From positions 1-61,683 of IMG/VR virus record IMGVR_UViG_3300044878_000127: a DNA stretch of 61,683 bases. The stretch is one strand, 5' to 3'. The position numbers and the translations under genes are program-made. This DNA is from a virus (lineage: Duplodnaviria; Caudoviricetes). Of the stretch, positions 32,355 through 41,549 are shown piece by piece (positions within the stretch are counted from its first letter, which is position 1; each line of letters begins with the position of its first letter). Under the pieces are notes generated by a model that saw only the letters and a program-made list of their open reading frames with translations, searched no databases and had not been told where the DNA came from.

Positions 32355-32861
32355 ATGATTATAGGGATTGATCCAGGGGGATCGGGCGCGCTGGTGGCGC
32401 TCGACGCGGATGGTTACATCATCGACACGCTGCTGATGCCAACGATCAAGGTCGGCACCAAGACCGGGATCAACGCCGCCGCCGTCGCTGCGTGGGTGAA
32501 AGGGCTTACCGAAAACAGCTCGATCAAATGGCGCGCGGTCATTGAGCTGGTGAACGCCATGCCGAGTGGTCCGCCCGGCGCCAAGCGCGCCATGGGCACC
32601 GGATCGGCATTCAGTTTTGGCAAAGCGGCTGGCATGGTCGAAGGCGTGATTGTCGGCGCCATGATCCCGCTGACCTACGCCACGCCGCAGGCCTGGAAGA
32701 AGCACGCCGGCCTGATTGGCTCCGATAAAGATGCGGCCCGCTCACGGGCAATTCAGCTTTACCCATCCTGTCGAATCTTAGACCAGAAGGGCAAAGGCCA
32801 AGCCGTAGCCGACGCGATATTGATCGCGCGTTACGGGCTTTTCCGCGAGTCTGGCGGTTAG
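32355..32861 (+). CDS. RuvC-like Holliday junction resolvase
   Basis: IIGIDPG...IE...FSFG...PQAWKK...ADAILIA. Confidence 0.85.
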   Translation: MIIGIDPGGSGALVALDADGYIIDTLLMPTIKVGTKTGINAAAVAAWVKGLTENSSIKWRAVIELVNAMPSGPPGAKRAMGTGSAFSFGKAAGMVEGVIVGAMIPLTYATPQAWKKHAGLIGSDKDAARSRAIQLYPSCRILDQKGKGQAVADAILIARYGLFRESGG

Positions 32862-32997
32862 ATTTGGGCACCGTTCGGTTGTGTCAAGATAAATAACTGC
32901 TATATCTGGTTGGAGTGCCGCGAGTTTTGCGCGGTACACTCCCGCCATGCGCAAAATTGCGCTGACGCCCCACCTTGGCGGGTGGTAATATTTAACC

Positions 32998-33083
32998 AGG
33001 CCTTTCCAAGGTCAGTGCAGGGTCGGTTGAATCCCTGTCCGCCAACGCCGCTTCGGTGACTGATCTTGGAAAGGCCTTTTTTT
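32998..33083 (+). ncRNA. Structured leader/sRNA: 19-bp closing stem, two inner hairpins, U-run
   Basis: 32998-33016 pairs with 33059-33077; T7 at 33077-33083; TGgTAATAT box just upstream. Confidence 0.6.
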
Positions 33084-33095
33084 GGTCTCGAAAAC

Positions 33096-33326
33096 GTGAA
33101 AGGACTGCAATCGCAATGCGCGTCAATCCTGAAATGGATGCGCGAAGGTAAACCCGTCACCCCGCTGGTGGCGCTCGATCAATTCGGCTGTTTCCGCCTG
33201 GCCGCCCGCATCAACGACCTGAAAGCCTCGGGTCACGACATCCATTCCCAAATGATCACCGTCACCAACCGCGACGGCAGCCAATCGAAGGTTGCCGAGT
33301 ATCGCTTGCTGGGGGCAGCATCATGA
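33096..33326 (+). CDS. Winged-HTH protein
   Basis: VTPLVALDQFGCFRLAARINDLK..GHDI; start uncertain. Confidence 0.75.
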   Translation: MKGLQSQCASILKWMREGKPVTPLVALDQFGCFRLAARINDLKASGHDIHSQMITVTNRDGSQSKVAEYRLLGAAS

Positions 33327-33727
33327 TGCCTTCCTGCTCGAACACCATCACCCGCACCGCGCGCCGCCAGCACACTTGCTGCGAGTGCGGCACAAACATT
33401 CATCCAGGTGATGTCTACGAATACGCCTCTGGCGTGTGGGATGGCGAGCCTGGCTCATTCAAAACCTGCATGGCCTGCATCGATGCGCGCAACTTCTACG
33501 AAGGCGATTGCGACTCTGTGTCGTTCCGTGACAGCGACATGGGCGCATTCACCTTCACCCAACTGCATCAGGATCTTGTCGACTTCGCTGGCGATTGCCG
33601 ACCAGGCACCGGGCTCAAGTTCGGCGCCCTGCGTCATGTCGTGAGCATCAGGCGTCGGCGTGAAGCTGCGCGCGCCCAATACAACACAGAGACGGCAGCC
33701 AAGGCCGCAGTAAGGGGTAACGCATGA
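33323..33727 (+). CDS. Cys-rich hypothetical protein
   Basis: ARRQHTCCECG...I.PG..Y...WDG...KTCMAC. Confidence 0.75.
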   Translation: MMPSCSNTITRTARRQHTCCECGTNIHPGDVYEYASGVWDGEPGSFKTCMACIDARNFYEGDCDSVSFRDSDMGAFTFTQLHQDLVDFAGDCRPGTGLKFGALRHVVSIRRRREAARAQYNTETAAKAAVRGNA

Positions 33728-34542
33728 GTGTGGAGCGTAAGTTTAAGGGCGTTTGGATTCCTTCCGAGCTGTGGCTTGATCGCGATCTATCGATCACCGA
33801 AAAGGTGATGATGGTGGAAATTGAAAGCCTTGAGGATGACGTGCGGGGCTGCTACGCCAGCAATGCACACTTCGCCGCGTTCTTCGGCCTGTCCAATTCT
33901 CGGGTTTCGGAAATCATCAGCGGTCTTAGCGAGAAGGGGTTTGTTTCTGTCGAGCTTATTCGCGAAGGCAAGCGTGTTGTTGAGCGCAGAATCCGCTTGT
34001 CGACCCCCTTCGAAAAACCGAATACCCCTTCGGAAAACCCGTCGAACCCCTTCGGAAAACACGTAGAACCCCCTTCGGAAAACACGCAGGGGAGTAATAC
34101 AACTTCAGGGAATACAAAGAAGGGTAAAAACAAAGGTCAGTCTGAGTCCGAATCTGACGAAGTTGTGAAATCGCAAGCTGCTCAAGCGAAAGACATTTTT
34201 GATCACTGGCGTCTCACGATGAACTCGCCGCGCTCGAAGATGGACGAGAACCGTCGCGCCCTGATCGTCAAGGCGATGGGCCTGTACGCCGTCGAAGACT
34301 TGATGCGCGCTATCGACGGCTGTGCCGGCTCGCCATTTCACATGGGCGTCAACGACCGCAAAGAGAAATACAACGGCCTACACTTGATATTCCGCAACGC
34401 TGAAAAGATCGATGGTTTCATTGCCAGGGCAGACAGTCCACCAGTGGCGCCGAAGCAATCAAGCATGGATCAGGACTTCGACGGCAAAGAGTACAAGGGC
34501 ACCGCCAATGAAAATTTCGCTGATTTCCTCCAGGACGACTGA
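33724..34542 (+). CDS. Replication initiator (lambda O-like, N-terminal HTH)
   Basis: RKFKGVWIP...CYASNAHFA; internal iterons; followed by a DnaC-like gene. Confidence 0.85.
   Translation: MSVERKFKGVWIPSELWLDRDLSITEKVMMVEIESLEDDVRGCYASNAHFAAFFGLSNSRVSEIISGLSEKGFVSVELIREGKRVVERRIRLSTPFEKPNTPSENPSNPFGKHVEPPSENTQGSNTTSGNTKKGKNKGQSESESDEVVKSQAAQAKDIFDHWRLTMNSPRSKMDENRRALIVKAMGLYAVEDLMRAIDGCAGSPFHMGVNDRKEKYNGLHLIFRNAEKIDGFIARADSPPVAPKQSSMDQDFDGKEYKGTANENFADFLQDD
34005..34083. repeat. Four iterons CCCCTTCGRAAAAC (probable replication origin)
   Basis: Copies start at 34005, 34025, 34047 and 34070, followed by A-rich DNA. Confidence 0.8.
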
Positions 34543-34546
34543 ACCC

Positions 34547-35515
34547 ATGGACGACCTGACCCTTGTAAGTGTTCGCGGCACCTGTGGTACGCACGGCGTG
34601 TGGTCGCATGAAGTTCCACGCATCAGCGCCGAGCAGGCCAAGGGCCAATGCCCGGAATGCACGCCGACGCTGAAGCCGGTGCGCATCGATATTGTCGAAC
34701 TGACCGGCACCTGTGAGCATCATGGCCCCTGGACCAACCCGGTGGCCGGCTTCCTGGTCAAGCGCATGGAAGGCCGTTGCCCAGCCTGCGACGCCGCATC
34801 GGCTGAAGCCAAGGACCGCGAGCTGGTCCAAGCGCAACGCACGGCGCAGGTTGGCAAGCGCGCCAGCCATATGCGCCGCCTGTTCGACGGTGCCGACATT
34901 CCCAAGCGCTTTGCCCAACGCAGCTTCGACAACTACCGCATCGAAGACGGCAATCAGGCTCAGGCCGAGGCGCTGCTACGTGCCAAAAAGTTCGCCAAGA
35001 ACTTCCCCAAGGCCATGGAGCGCGGCGCCAACTTCGTGTTCTGTGGCAAGCCTGGCACCGGCAAGACGCACTTAGCCTGCGCCATCGGCAACGCGGTGAT
35101 CAGCCAGCACGGCGCCAGCGCCCTGTTCGTGACCGTGTTCGACGTGATCCAGCGGGTGAAGTCTACGTACAGCGACAAGGACCAATCCGAACGCACGGTG
35201 ATGAACAGCTTTGTCGAGCAGGATTTGCTGATCCTCGATGAGGTCGGTGTGCAATTCGGCACCGACTTCGAAAAGGTGATCATTACCGACATCATCAACC
35301 GCCGTTACAACGACATGCGCCCGACCATTATCCTGTCCAACCTGGACGAAACCGAGTTGGGCGACTACCTCGGGGCGCGGGTGATGGATCGCATGTTTGA
35401 GGGTGGCGGCGGGGTGATCGCGTTCAGCTGGGGCAGCTACCGGGCCAAAGTGCTGAAGGACGACGCACTACCGCGAGGCAGTTACGAAGCCCCGGAATGG
35501 ATGCAAGGGGAGTAA
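34547..35515 (+). CDS. DnaC/IstB-like helicase loader ATPase
   Basis: GKPGTGKTHLA, LLILDEVG, RVMDRM; duplicated CxxHG...CPxC N-terminal motifs. Confidence 0.9.
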   Translation: MDDLTLVSVRGTCGTHGVWSHEVPRISAEQAKGQCPECTPTLKPVRIDIVELTGTCEHHGPWTNPVAGFLVKRMEGRCPACDAASAEAKDRELVQAQRTAQVGKRASHMRRLFDGADIPKRFAQRSFDNYRIEDGNQAQAEALLRAKKFAKNFPKAMERGANFVFCGKPGTGKTHLACAIGNAVISQHGASALFVTVFDVIQRVKSTYSDKDQSERTVMNSFVEQDLLILDEVGVQFGTDFEKVIITDIINRRYNDMRPTIILSNLDETELGDYLGARVMDRMFEGGGGVIAFSWGSYRAKVLKDDALPRGSYEAPEWMQGE

Positions 35516-35521
35516 GGTGGT

Positions 35522-35555
35522 GCCTGGCAGTGGTATAAACCTACTGCCAGGCTTT
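35522..35555 (+). terminator. 10-bp inverted repeat after the DnaC-like gene (terminator or operator)
   Basis: GCCTGGCAGT-N11-ACTGCCAGGC then TTT. Confidence 0.4.
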
Positions 35556-35715
35556 GCCGCTGCCATGCAGGCGCGACTAACAGCGCTTCAGGTAGGTGGA
35601 TGTACCGGCACGGTATGTGGAACGTCTTAAACGCGCTCTCAGAGCGTTACAGAAAAATGACAGCTGGGCCAGTTGGTGTCGTCGGGAGGGGCGGCGCCGG
35701 ACGCAGGAGACAGAC

Positions 35716-35880
35716 ATGATCAAATACTTGAAGGGTTACGCGGTGCTGGCGGGATATGTGGCGCTGACGCAGGCGGTGGGGTTGAACTTCTGGCAGGTAG
35801 AGCCCGCCAGTCGGCCCCTTTGGATGCTGGGCGCGCTGGCGGTGCTGATGTTGGCGCCAAGGCGGCGCCAGATGGTTTAG
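35716..35880 (+). CDS. Small membrane protein (54 aa)
   Basis: AGGAG RBS; two hydrophobic segments. Confidence 0.55.
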   Translation: MIKYLKGYAVLAGYVALTQAVGLNFWQVEPASRPLWMLGALAVLMLAPRRRQMV

Positions 35881-36086
35881 GGTTTGAGCAGCCAGGACAG
35901 GCCGTCATTGCGGCAGCGCTGCATGATTCGCATCAAACGATCAACGCTCATGCCGAACTGTTTTGAGAGGATTTTCCAGCACACTCCCTCTTGGCGCAGT
36001 TCGTAAATCAGCGCCGCATCGCTCCGGCCAACCTTAAATTCTCGGCCGCGGCGACGGCGTACAGCGCATGGGGCAAGGTCAGTCAC
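35877..36086 (-). CDS. Small HTH-like protein
   Basis: GTG start coupled to the upstream stop; LIYELRQEGVCWKILSKQFGMS. Confidence 0.6.
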   Translation of the reverse strand: MTDLAPCAVRRRRGREFKVGRSDAALIYELRQEGVCWKILSKQFGMSVDRLMRIMQRCRNDGLSWLLKP

Positions 36087-36634
36087 TGCTGCTCCCCGTC
36101 GCGCTGCATCAGGAATTCCAACTCTTCGCTGGTGGTCCGGGTCAGGAACATGCGGCTTTTGACGCTCCGGTGGTGCGCGCAAAACAGGCTTTCCGGTGAT
36201 CGCATCGACTGGCAGTGCAGGCCGCCAACGCTGGCCGCGCACAGCTTAGCCGGTTCGCTGCGCTCGATGCCGATCACCGTCATGCGCCCCTGGTCATAGC
36301 TAACCGTCGTCTTGACGGCCATGTCGCCGCCTGGCTTGCCTGGATCGACTGAGACAATGCACTTCGGACACGTCGGGCGTTTGCCACCCCAAAGCTCTTC
36401 AGGCGTGTAGTCTCCGCTCGCTAGCAGCTCTTTCTCTAGCGTTGTTGGTGAGCAGCATTCAGATTCGCGGCCGCTGAACGCCCACGCCGTCGGACCTTGG
36501 CACATTTCCAAGGTCAGATTACGCGTGATTTCGTCGATCACTACGCGATCCAGCTTCTTGCCGTAGTGGTTGACCAGCTCGTTGACGATGGTGTGAACCA
36601 TGGTGCCCAGGCGATTGGATTCGTTAGTGCTCAT
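36083..36634 (-). CDS. Hypothetical protein
   Basis: Coupled ORF beginning MSTNESNRLG. Confidence 0.65.
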   Translation of the reverse strand: MSTNESNRLGTMVHTIVNELVNHYGKKLDRVVIDEITRNLTLEMCQGPTAWAFSGRESECCSPTTLEKELLASGDYTPEELWGGKRPTCPKCIVSVDPGKPGGDMAVKTTVSYDQGRMTVIGIERSEPAKLCAASVGGLHCQSMRSPESLFCAHHRSVKSRMFLTRTTSEELEFLMQRDGEQQ

Positions 36635-37338
36635 TGATTCAGCGCCTTCATCATGTTGAGGTAAACGTCGGCCATTTCTTCGATACGTTCCTGGGATACC
36701 GGTACAAAGTCGTCTTCTGACATCGTACCGACTCCCCAGGCACTCCACACCCTGGTGCAGTCGTAGGTGTCGCCGCCGATTGTTTCGGCGATCAGGTCGC
36801 AAACGGCGTCGTGTGTTGGCAGTACCACCGCTACCGGCGTGGCCGTAGCCGATGGATAACGATCATCGCGTGAATTGCGCTCAATGCGAACGAACAGATG
36901 GGCGTTCCACGATATGGAAATCTGCTCCCAGGTCTTGAGCGCGGCCGACCGAGCGCCTGCGCCTGTGAACATCAGGTTTTCGCGCTCGGCATCATCGAAC
37001 ACGATCAAGTGCGGGCACTCTTCTGGGATCGCTACCGGCGCGGGCGGCGAGGTGTAGAGAGGGCCAATCTTAACCATTGCATCTTGGTAAGCGTTCCACC
37101 CTGAGATATATCCGTCGTGCAAAACAGTGTGTCGATAAGGGTTGCGGATATCGCCGACAAACGAGCGTTCAGGTAGTTTCACCGGCTCTTGGCGCTCAAC
37201 GGCAGGCGCGGCGAGAAGGGAGCGCAGCTCAACCCATTCCGTAATGTCTTCGGCTTCGTTTCGCTCGTTTGCACGGGAAAGCCAAACGAAGATGTTCTCC
37301 GCCAGCTCCAGCGGCATGGTTACGGTTTTATTGGTCAT
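36631..37338 (-). CDS. Hypothetical mosaic accessory protein
   Basis: Coupled ORF; YDCTRVWSAWGVGTMSEDDF motif. Confidence 0.7.
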   Translation of the reverse strand: MTNKTVTMPLELAENIFVWLSRANERNEAEDITEWVELRSLLAAPAVERQEPVKLPERSFVGDIRNPYRHTVLHDGYISGWNAYQDAMVKIGPLYTSPPAPVAIPEECPHLIVFDDAERENLMFTGAGARSAALKTWEQISISWNAHLFVRIERNSRDDRYPSATATPVAVVLPTHDAVCDLIAETIGGDTYDCTRVWSAWGVGTMSEDDFVPVSQERIEEMADVYLNMMKALNQ

Positions 37339-38144
37339 GGCTTGCTCCGCTGACAGGTTCCGAGGCACCCGTCGGTGATGTTTGGACATTGGCCGCAATC
37401 CACATGGCTTGCTCCCGATTCGGTGGGTTTGGCTAGAGCGGCGGCTACAAACGCCCGGATCTCTCTAACAAAGTCATGCTCGTCTTCTTCGTTTTCGAAG
37501 TCCTTGTAACCTTCGTCCATGCCCATACATGCGCGAATATTCAGACAGTGCTCCACCATGCCGATAACAACTGAGTAAGCTTCAGGCGAAAGCTTTTGAA
37601 CTGCAGCATACCGCTGCTCGGCGGCAGTCAGGCGCGCATCGCGCTGCAAGTCCAGATAGTGCCAGTGCTCCAATTGCGCTTTCGATTTGGCCAGCTCTTC
37701 CCGCAACGCAGCCAGTTCGGAATCTTGGTCAACCACTTCGACCAGGGTATCCAGCGTGTTGCCGTCCTCGTCGCCTTCCAGGTGGCAGAAGATGCAAAGC
37801 GACTGGCGGGGCGTGCCGTCGCTGCTAAAAAGCGTGGCCGGCCACTGGGCGATCAAGTTATGCCCGATGCACACAAATACGGTGGGGAGGCCTTGATAGC
37901 GAAACTTGGTGCCGTACGGCAGAAGGCGGAAAGGCTTCAGGTCTTTCAGCATGTCTTTCAGCGGTACATGCTCGACGCCTTCACTGCTGACTTTCATCAC
38001 GCCAGTGCCAACGGTAAAAGCTTCGTGCGTGGCGGCAGTGATCGCGCGGACGTGGCCGGTTTTGCCGGTGTTGTCGCACCAAACACAATCGGGCTGGCCT
38101 TCTTCTTTGCCGGTCCCGTTGCAAAACATGCATTTGTCAGTCAT
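37335..38144 (-). CDS. Hypothetical mosaic accessory protein
   Basis: GGAG RBS, CxxC motifs, coiled coil. Confidence 0.7.
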   Translation of the reverse strand: MTDKCMFCNGTGKEEGQPDCVWCDNTGKTGHVRAITAATHEAFTVGTGVMKVSSEGVEHVPLKDMLKDLKPFRLLPYGTKFRYQGLPTVFVCIGHNLIAQWPATLFSSDGTPRQSLCIFCHLEGDEDGNTLDTLVEVVDQDSELAALREELAKSKAQLEHWHYLDLQRDARLTAAEQRYAAVQKLSPEAYSVVIGMVEHCLNIRACMGMDEGYKDFENEEDEHDFVREIRAFVAAALAKPTESGASHVDCGQCPNITDGCLGTCQRSKP

Positions 38145-38286
38145 AGCGGTGACTCCGTGAGCGTTCAATTTCATCTGAGCCGTAATCGCCGTCTGGCTCG
38201 TACTCGTCGTTGGGTTCTTCTGGATCGATCAGTTTGCGCGGCGGCGGCACGAACAGCGGCGCCTTGTATTTCTCGTCAGTGCTCAC
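38137..38286 (-). CDS. Small acidic protein (49 aa, not in the ORF track)
   Basis: GTG start overlapping the upstream stop; STDEKYKAPLFVPPPRKLIDPEEPNDEY... Confidence 0.5.
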   Translation of the reverse strand: MSTDEKYKAPLFVPPPRKLIDPEEPNDEYEPDGDYGSDEIERSRSHRYD

Positions 38287-38591
38287 GGGACCACCTTCGC
38301 CGACATGATCGACTGTTCCAGTTCGAGAATTTCCGCAAGCTTGGCATCCAGCTTGGCGCTGATCGCCTTCTTCACGCCGAGCATGATCAGCTCGCGTCCG
38401 CGAATCAGGCGCTGCATGTAGCTGCGATCCATGGCGGTAAGCATGACGGTTCCGACGTCGGCGACGGTCACGGTAATACTCATTTGGTGGCCGTTCAGGT
38501 TGCAGGCTTTCAGGCTCTTTTCCAGCGGCGGTACTTCGGCGCGGAGATTATCCAGCTTGTCGAACAGCTTGTTCAGTTCGGCGCGATTCAT
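38283..38591 (-). CDS. Hypothetical protein
   Basis: Coupled ORF. Confidence 0.7.
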   Translation of the reverse strand: MNRAELNKLFDKLDNLRAEVPPLEKSLKACNLNGHQMSITVTVADVGTVMLTAMDRSYMQRLIRGRELIMLGVKKAISAKLDAKLAEILELEQSIMSAKVVP

Positions 38592-38893
38592 TGGGCCTTC
38601 CTCAGTGCTTCGAGTTGGCGGCGCTGCTCGCCAGCGTCACGGCGGTGCGACTCGCGCCACTCGATTTGCAATTCCAGCAAGCGGATATCACCGGCCGGCG
38701 TGGTTTTGTAGTAGTCGCCCGAGTCGTCGGTGGCGACCTTGACCAGGTGACCCGCTGCAACGCCGTCTTCAACGTGCCCGGAGAGGTTGGTGAAATTGGT
38801 GAATTCCTTCGGCTGAACGTGCAAGCCTTGGCGCTGGCTGGCGAAGTACAGGGCCTTTTCTTCGGTGTAGAACATGCGGCCGGCCTTTTTCAT
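38588..38893 (-). CDS. Hypothetical protein
   Basis: Coupled ORF, GGAGG RBS. Confidence 0.7.
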   Translation of the reverse strand: MKKAGRMFYTEEKALYFASQRQGLHVQPKEFTNFTNLSGHVEDGVAAGHLVKVATDDSGDYYKTTPAGDIRLLELQIEWRESHRRDAGEQRRQLEALRKAQ

Positions 38894-39432
38894 TTGAACC
38901 TCCGCACCAGCATGGCTAGTTTGCCCGGTGCAACCGGCTCGACAATCTTGGCGTTCGGATTGGCCAGATATTCCATGCTGAAGGCTTCAGCGATTTTGCA
39001 CTGAGCCGGCTCGAACAGACCGAAGTGACAATCAGCTGTGCTGATGACCATCTTCCCGGCGAGCCAGGCATAAGCCTGTTTTCGGCTCATGTGGCCGTCG
39101 CGGAAAATTGTCTCGAAGGTTTTCTTGGTGGCGTTGCGCGCATCACGCGTGCGCTTGTCGGCCAAGGTGCCCAGCGGCAAGTCGGTTTGTGGGTGCAGGC
39201 CAACGTAGGCGCGGCAGCAGCTGCACAGGTAGGCATAGGGCCAATCGCCAAACGTGCGGCCGTTGTAGATCACGCTGTTTTCAACCAGGTCAACGGCGCC
39301 GGAGCAGTAGCGGCACACGGTTGGGATGGCGATAGGATCGGCAACACGCAGCAAGGCGCGGCGGCTGACGTGCGGCAATGGCGCTGGCGGTTCGATCTTC
39401 TCCACGCTGTGAGCGCGGCTGTCGATGGTCAT
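38890..39432 (-). CDS. Zinc-finger protein (DUF3268-like)
   Basis: CRYC...YLCSCCRAYVGLHP...PLGTLAD...AYAWLA...CHFGLF. Confidence 0.82.
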   Translation of the reverse strand: MTIDSRAHSVEKIEPPAPLPHVSRRALLRVADPIAIPTVCRYCSGAVDLVENSVIYNGRTFGDWPYAYLCSCCRAYVGLHPQTDLPLGTLADKRTRDARNATKKTFETIFRDGHMSRKQAYAWLAGKMVISTADCHFGLFEPAQCKIAEAFSMEYLANPNAKIVEPVAPGKLAMLVRRFK

Positions 39433-39507
39433 GATGGGATGCCTCTGTGTTGTGGTGGGTGGTGCTTCAGGAAAGCGCTCTCGCGGAAAGCGCAGACCTC
39501 AAACGCC

Positions 39508-39738
39508 TCAGATCAATTTCGCGGCCGTGGCGAACCAGTAGCCGAACAGCGACAGCGCTACGGAAATGACCAGCACCGCCAGCACCACGTTGAGGACCGG
39601 ACGCTTTACCGGGCGAGCCGGCGCCACCAGGGTGGTCAGCGGCGGCTTTTCGCCGGGCTTGAACACGTAGCCTTTCCCGGTCCAAAAATCCCAGTACGCG
39701 GCTTCTTTCGTGGTCAGGCGGGTTGCTTGTGATTTCAT
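39508..39738 (-). CDS. Small membrane-anchored protein
   Basis: MKSQATR...; C-terminal TM helix. Confidence 0.6.
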   Translation of the reverse strand: MKSQATRLTTKEAAYWDFWTGKGYVFKPGEKPPLTTLVAPARPVKRPVLNVVLAVLVISVALSLFGYWFATAAKLI

Positions 39739-39848
39739 CCGGTGACACTCCAGTTCCATAGGGCGAAGGTGGTTGCCACCAGGTGCGCGGTGAGCACCAT
39801 GGTGGCGGTGAGCACCATGGTGGCGGTGAGGCGTAAGGTCAGGCGCAT
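39735..39848 (-). CDS. 37-aa hydrophobic peptide with an internal 6-aa duplication
   Basis: MRLTLRLTATMVLTATMVLTAHLVATTFALWNWSVTG; overlaps both neighbours. Confidence 0.45.
   Translation of the reverse strand: MRLTLRLTATMVLTATMVLTAHLVATTFALWNWSVTG
39787..39830. repeat. 18-bp tandem repeat, about 2.4 copies
   Basis: Unit GCGGTGAGCACCATGGTG containing the palindrome CACCATGGTG. Confidence 0.85.
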
Positions 39849-40063
39849 TGTGCAGCGTTGCGGCGCTGTTCGCGGATCAGCTTGATAACGACTTGCTGGT
39901 TCGAGTATTCCGCCGCCGTCATATGCCCGCAGGCCATGGCGTAGGCCTGCATTTCCGCGGCAGCGGCCAAACTGCGCTCGGCGAACGCGTCGATGGCGGT
40001 GGTGCGCGCATTGTTCAGGTGCAGGTCGATGATGTTGCGGCCAGCTACGGGCATCATGCTCAT
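39839..40063 (-). CDS. Hypothetical protein
   Basis: AAGGAG RBS; MSMMPVAGR... Confidence 0.65.
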   Translation of the reverse strand: MSMMPVAGRNIIDLHLNNARTTAIDAFAERSLAAAAEMQAYAMACGHMTAAEYSNQQVVIKLIREQRRNAAQCA

Positions 40064-40073
40064 GTGAAACTCC

Positions 40074-40412
40074 TTAGAACCAAACGCGGCGAGAGAAGAG
40101 GACGGCGGTGCCAACAATTGGCGGCAGACTTTCCGGGTCAACCTTCGGGTGTTGTTTGAGCCAGTTGGCGCGGTAGATCGCCGAAGCCTTGGTGTTGAGC
40201 GGCAAGCCTTTGAGCAAGCCGTTTTCATCCACGAACATGTCGGTGTATCCGCCAGCGTGCAGCACGTTGACGCGCTCGAAGTCGTTGCGCTCGCCAATGA
40301 TGGGTTGAATCACAGCCTTCAGCTGGAAGTAATCCGGTTCGGCTGGCAGCTCGACGGTGCGAACCTCTTCGTCGCCGTTGGCGCGGATGATCGTGTATTC
40401 CGTGGTTTGCAT
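40074..40412 (-). CDS. DUF3846-like protein
   Basis: MFVDENGLLKGLPLNTKAS...IVGTAVL. Confidence 0.75.
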   Translation of the reverse strand: MQTTEYTIIRANGDEEVRTVELPAEPDYFQLKAVIQPIIGERNDFERVNVLHAGGYTDMFVDENGLLKGLPLNTKASAIYRANWLKQHPKVDPESLPPIVGTAVLFSRRVWF

Positions 40413-40440
40413 GGGTGATGCCTCAAGGTTGGGTTATGGA

Positions 40441-41157
40441 TCAAGCGGCTATCAGTTTCAGGTAGCGCCCCCATTGGTCGCCCATCGCGGCAGCAATACC
40501 CGGCCAAGTTTTCGAGCGTTCAAGCCAACGATTGGCACTTGGCGGTTCGCGAAACTGGCCGCTGTCGGTTTGGTTGTCGTAGCGAAGCTTCGGCTTGTTG
40601 CTGCCCTTTGGCCACTCGACCAGCCGGCCCATGGCCTGCATCTTGAATGGCAAAACCTCCAGAGTTGGCAGACCTTTTGTCAGCCAAAAACCTGTGCCTT
40701 TGCTAGCGTTATCACCGAAGTGGTACGGGTGAACTACTTGATCTGGAGGCCTGATCGCAGTGTTGATCCCAGAAGGGGCAGGGTTCTCAATGGCCACCGG
40801 AAACGGCAGATCAAGCAGGCGCTTGAAGTTCTCGACGTCGGCAGCCTTAGCCGCACGACGCGCGGCGCCGGTCAGCGTCGAAGGCTTTACCTTCTGGTGA
40901 TAACCGACACCGGGATAGCGATCAAAATCAGGGTCCTTCAAGGCCCAAACAGAAGCATTGTTCAGATAGGTGCACATCGGGTGAAGCACAGCCATATCCC
41001 AGCCTAGCGCCAGAGCTTGCCAGATGTCGCATTGCAAGTGCTTCGGCGATTCGCCGCGTGAAGGCAGAAGATCGCAGGTCCATACGTCATGGCCGTGCGC
41101 CTCAAACGCTTCACGGGTCAATTGGCAGGCGGAATAACCAATCAGAATTTTAGCCAT
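40441..41157 (-). CDS. Short C5-cytosine DNA methyltransferase-like protein
   Basis: REAFEAHGHDVWTCDLLP, WDMAVLHPMCTYL, IENP, RSKTWPGIAAAMGDQW. Confidence 0.75.
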   Translation of the reverse strand: MAKILIGYSACQLTREAFEAHGHDVWTCDLLPSRGESPKHLQCDIWQALALGWDMAVLHPMCTYLNNASVWALKDPDFDRYPGVGYHQKVKPSTLTGAARRAAKAADVENFKRLLDLPFPVAIENPAPSGINTAIRPPDQVVHPYHFGDNASKGTGFWLTKGLPTLEVLPFKMQAMGRLVEWPKGSNKPKLRYDNQTDSGQFREPPSANRWLERSKTWPGIAAAMGDQWGRYLKLIAA

Positions 41158-41290
41158 TGCGGCGCACCTTTACCGTAACTGGAACATTGAAGTGAATGGC
41201 GGCCCGCACTTTCGCGATACGTAGTGAAGGCGCCTCAATCGAATCGACGTACCGGCCATTGATAAAAACATCGAAGACTTTGGCGGCCAT
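41150..41290 (-). CDS. Hypothetical protein (46 aa, not in the ORF track)
   Basis: MAAKVFDVFINGRYVDSIEA...; fills the operon gap. Confidence 0.55.
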   Translation of the reverse strand: MAAKVFDVFINGRYVDSIEAPSLRIAKVRAAIHFNVPVTVKVRRNG

Positions 41291-41292
41291 GA

Positions 41293-41547
41293 TCAGCGAG
41301 CCCCCGGGGTGCCCGGCAGGACGTAATACTCGTCGTCCGCTTCAGGGTCGAACTTGGCGCGGCAGATAATCCCTACAGTGAGGAGAGATTGCAGGCAGTT
41401 GCGAATTACGTCGCCGTTAACGCTCATGTCGCCGAGTGCTAGCTTAACGGCCGGCAGAATGCCGTTGATCCATCCACCGTTTCCGCTTTCAACTGCGGAT
41501 CTGATGGCCGCGACGATAATTTTCTTTTTTTGTGCTGGGTTGATCAT
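41293..41547 (-). CDS. Hypothetical protein, first gene of the leftward accessory operon
   Basis: GAGG RBS; MINPAQKK... Confidence 0.6.
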   Translation of the reverse strand: MINPAQKKKIIVAAIRSAVESGNGGWINGILPAVKLALGDMSVNGDVIRNCLQSLLTVGIICRAKFDPEADDEYYVLPGTPGAR

Positions 41548-41549
41548 TT

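Noticed and set aside
39787-39830. Mini CRISPR array
   Set aside because: Units are contiguous with no unique spacers, and there are no cas genes.
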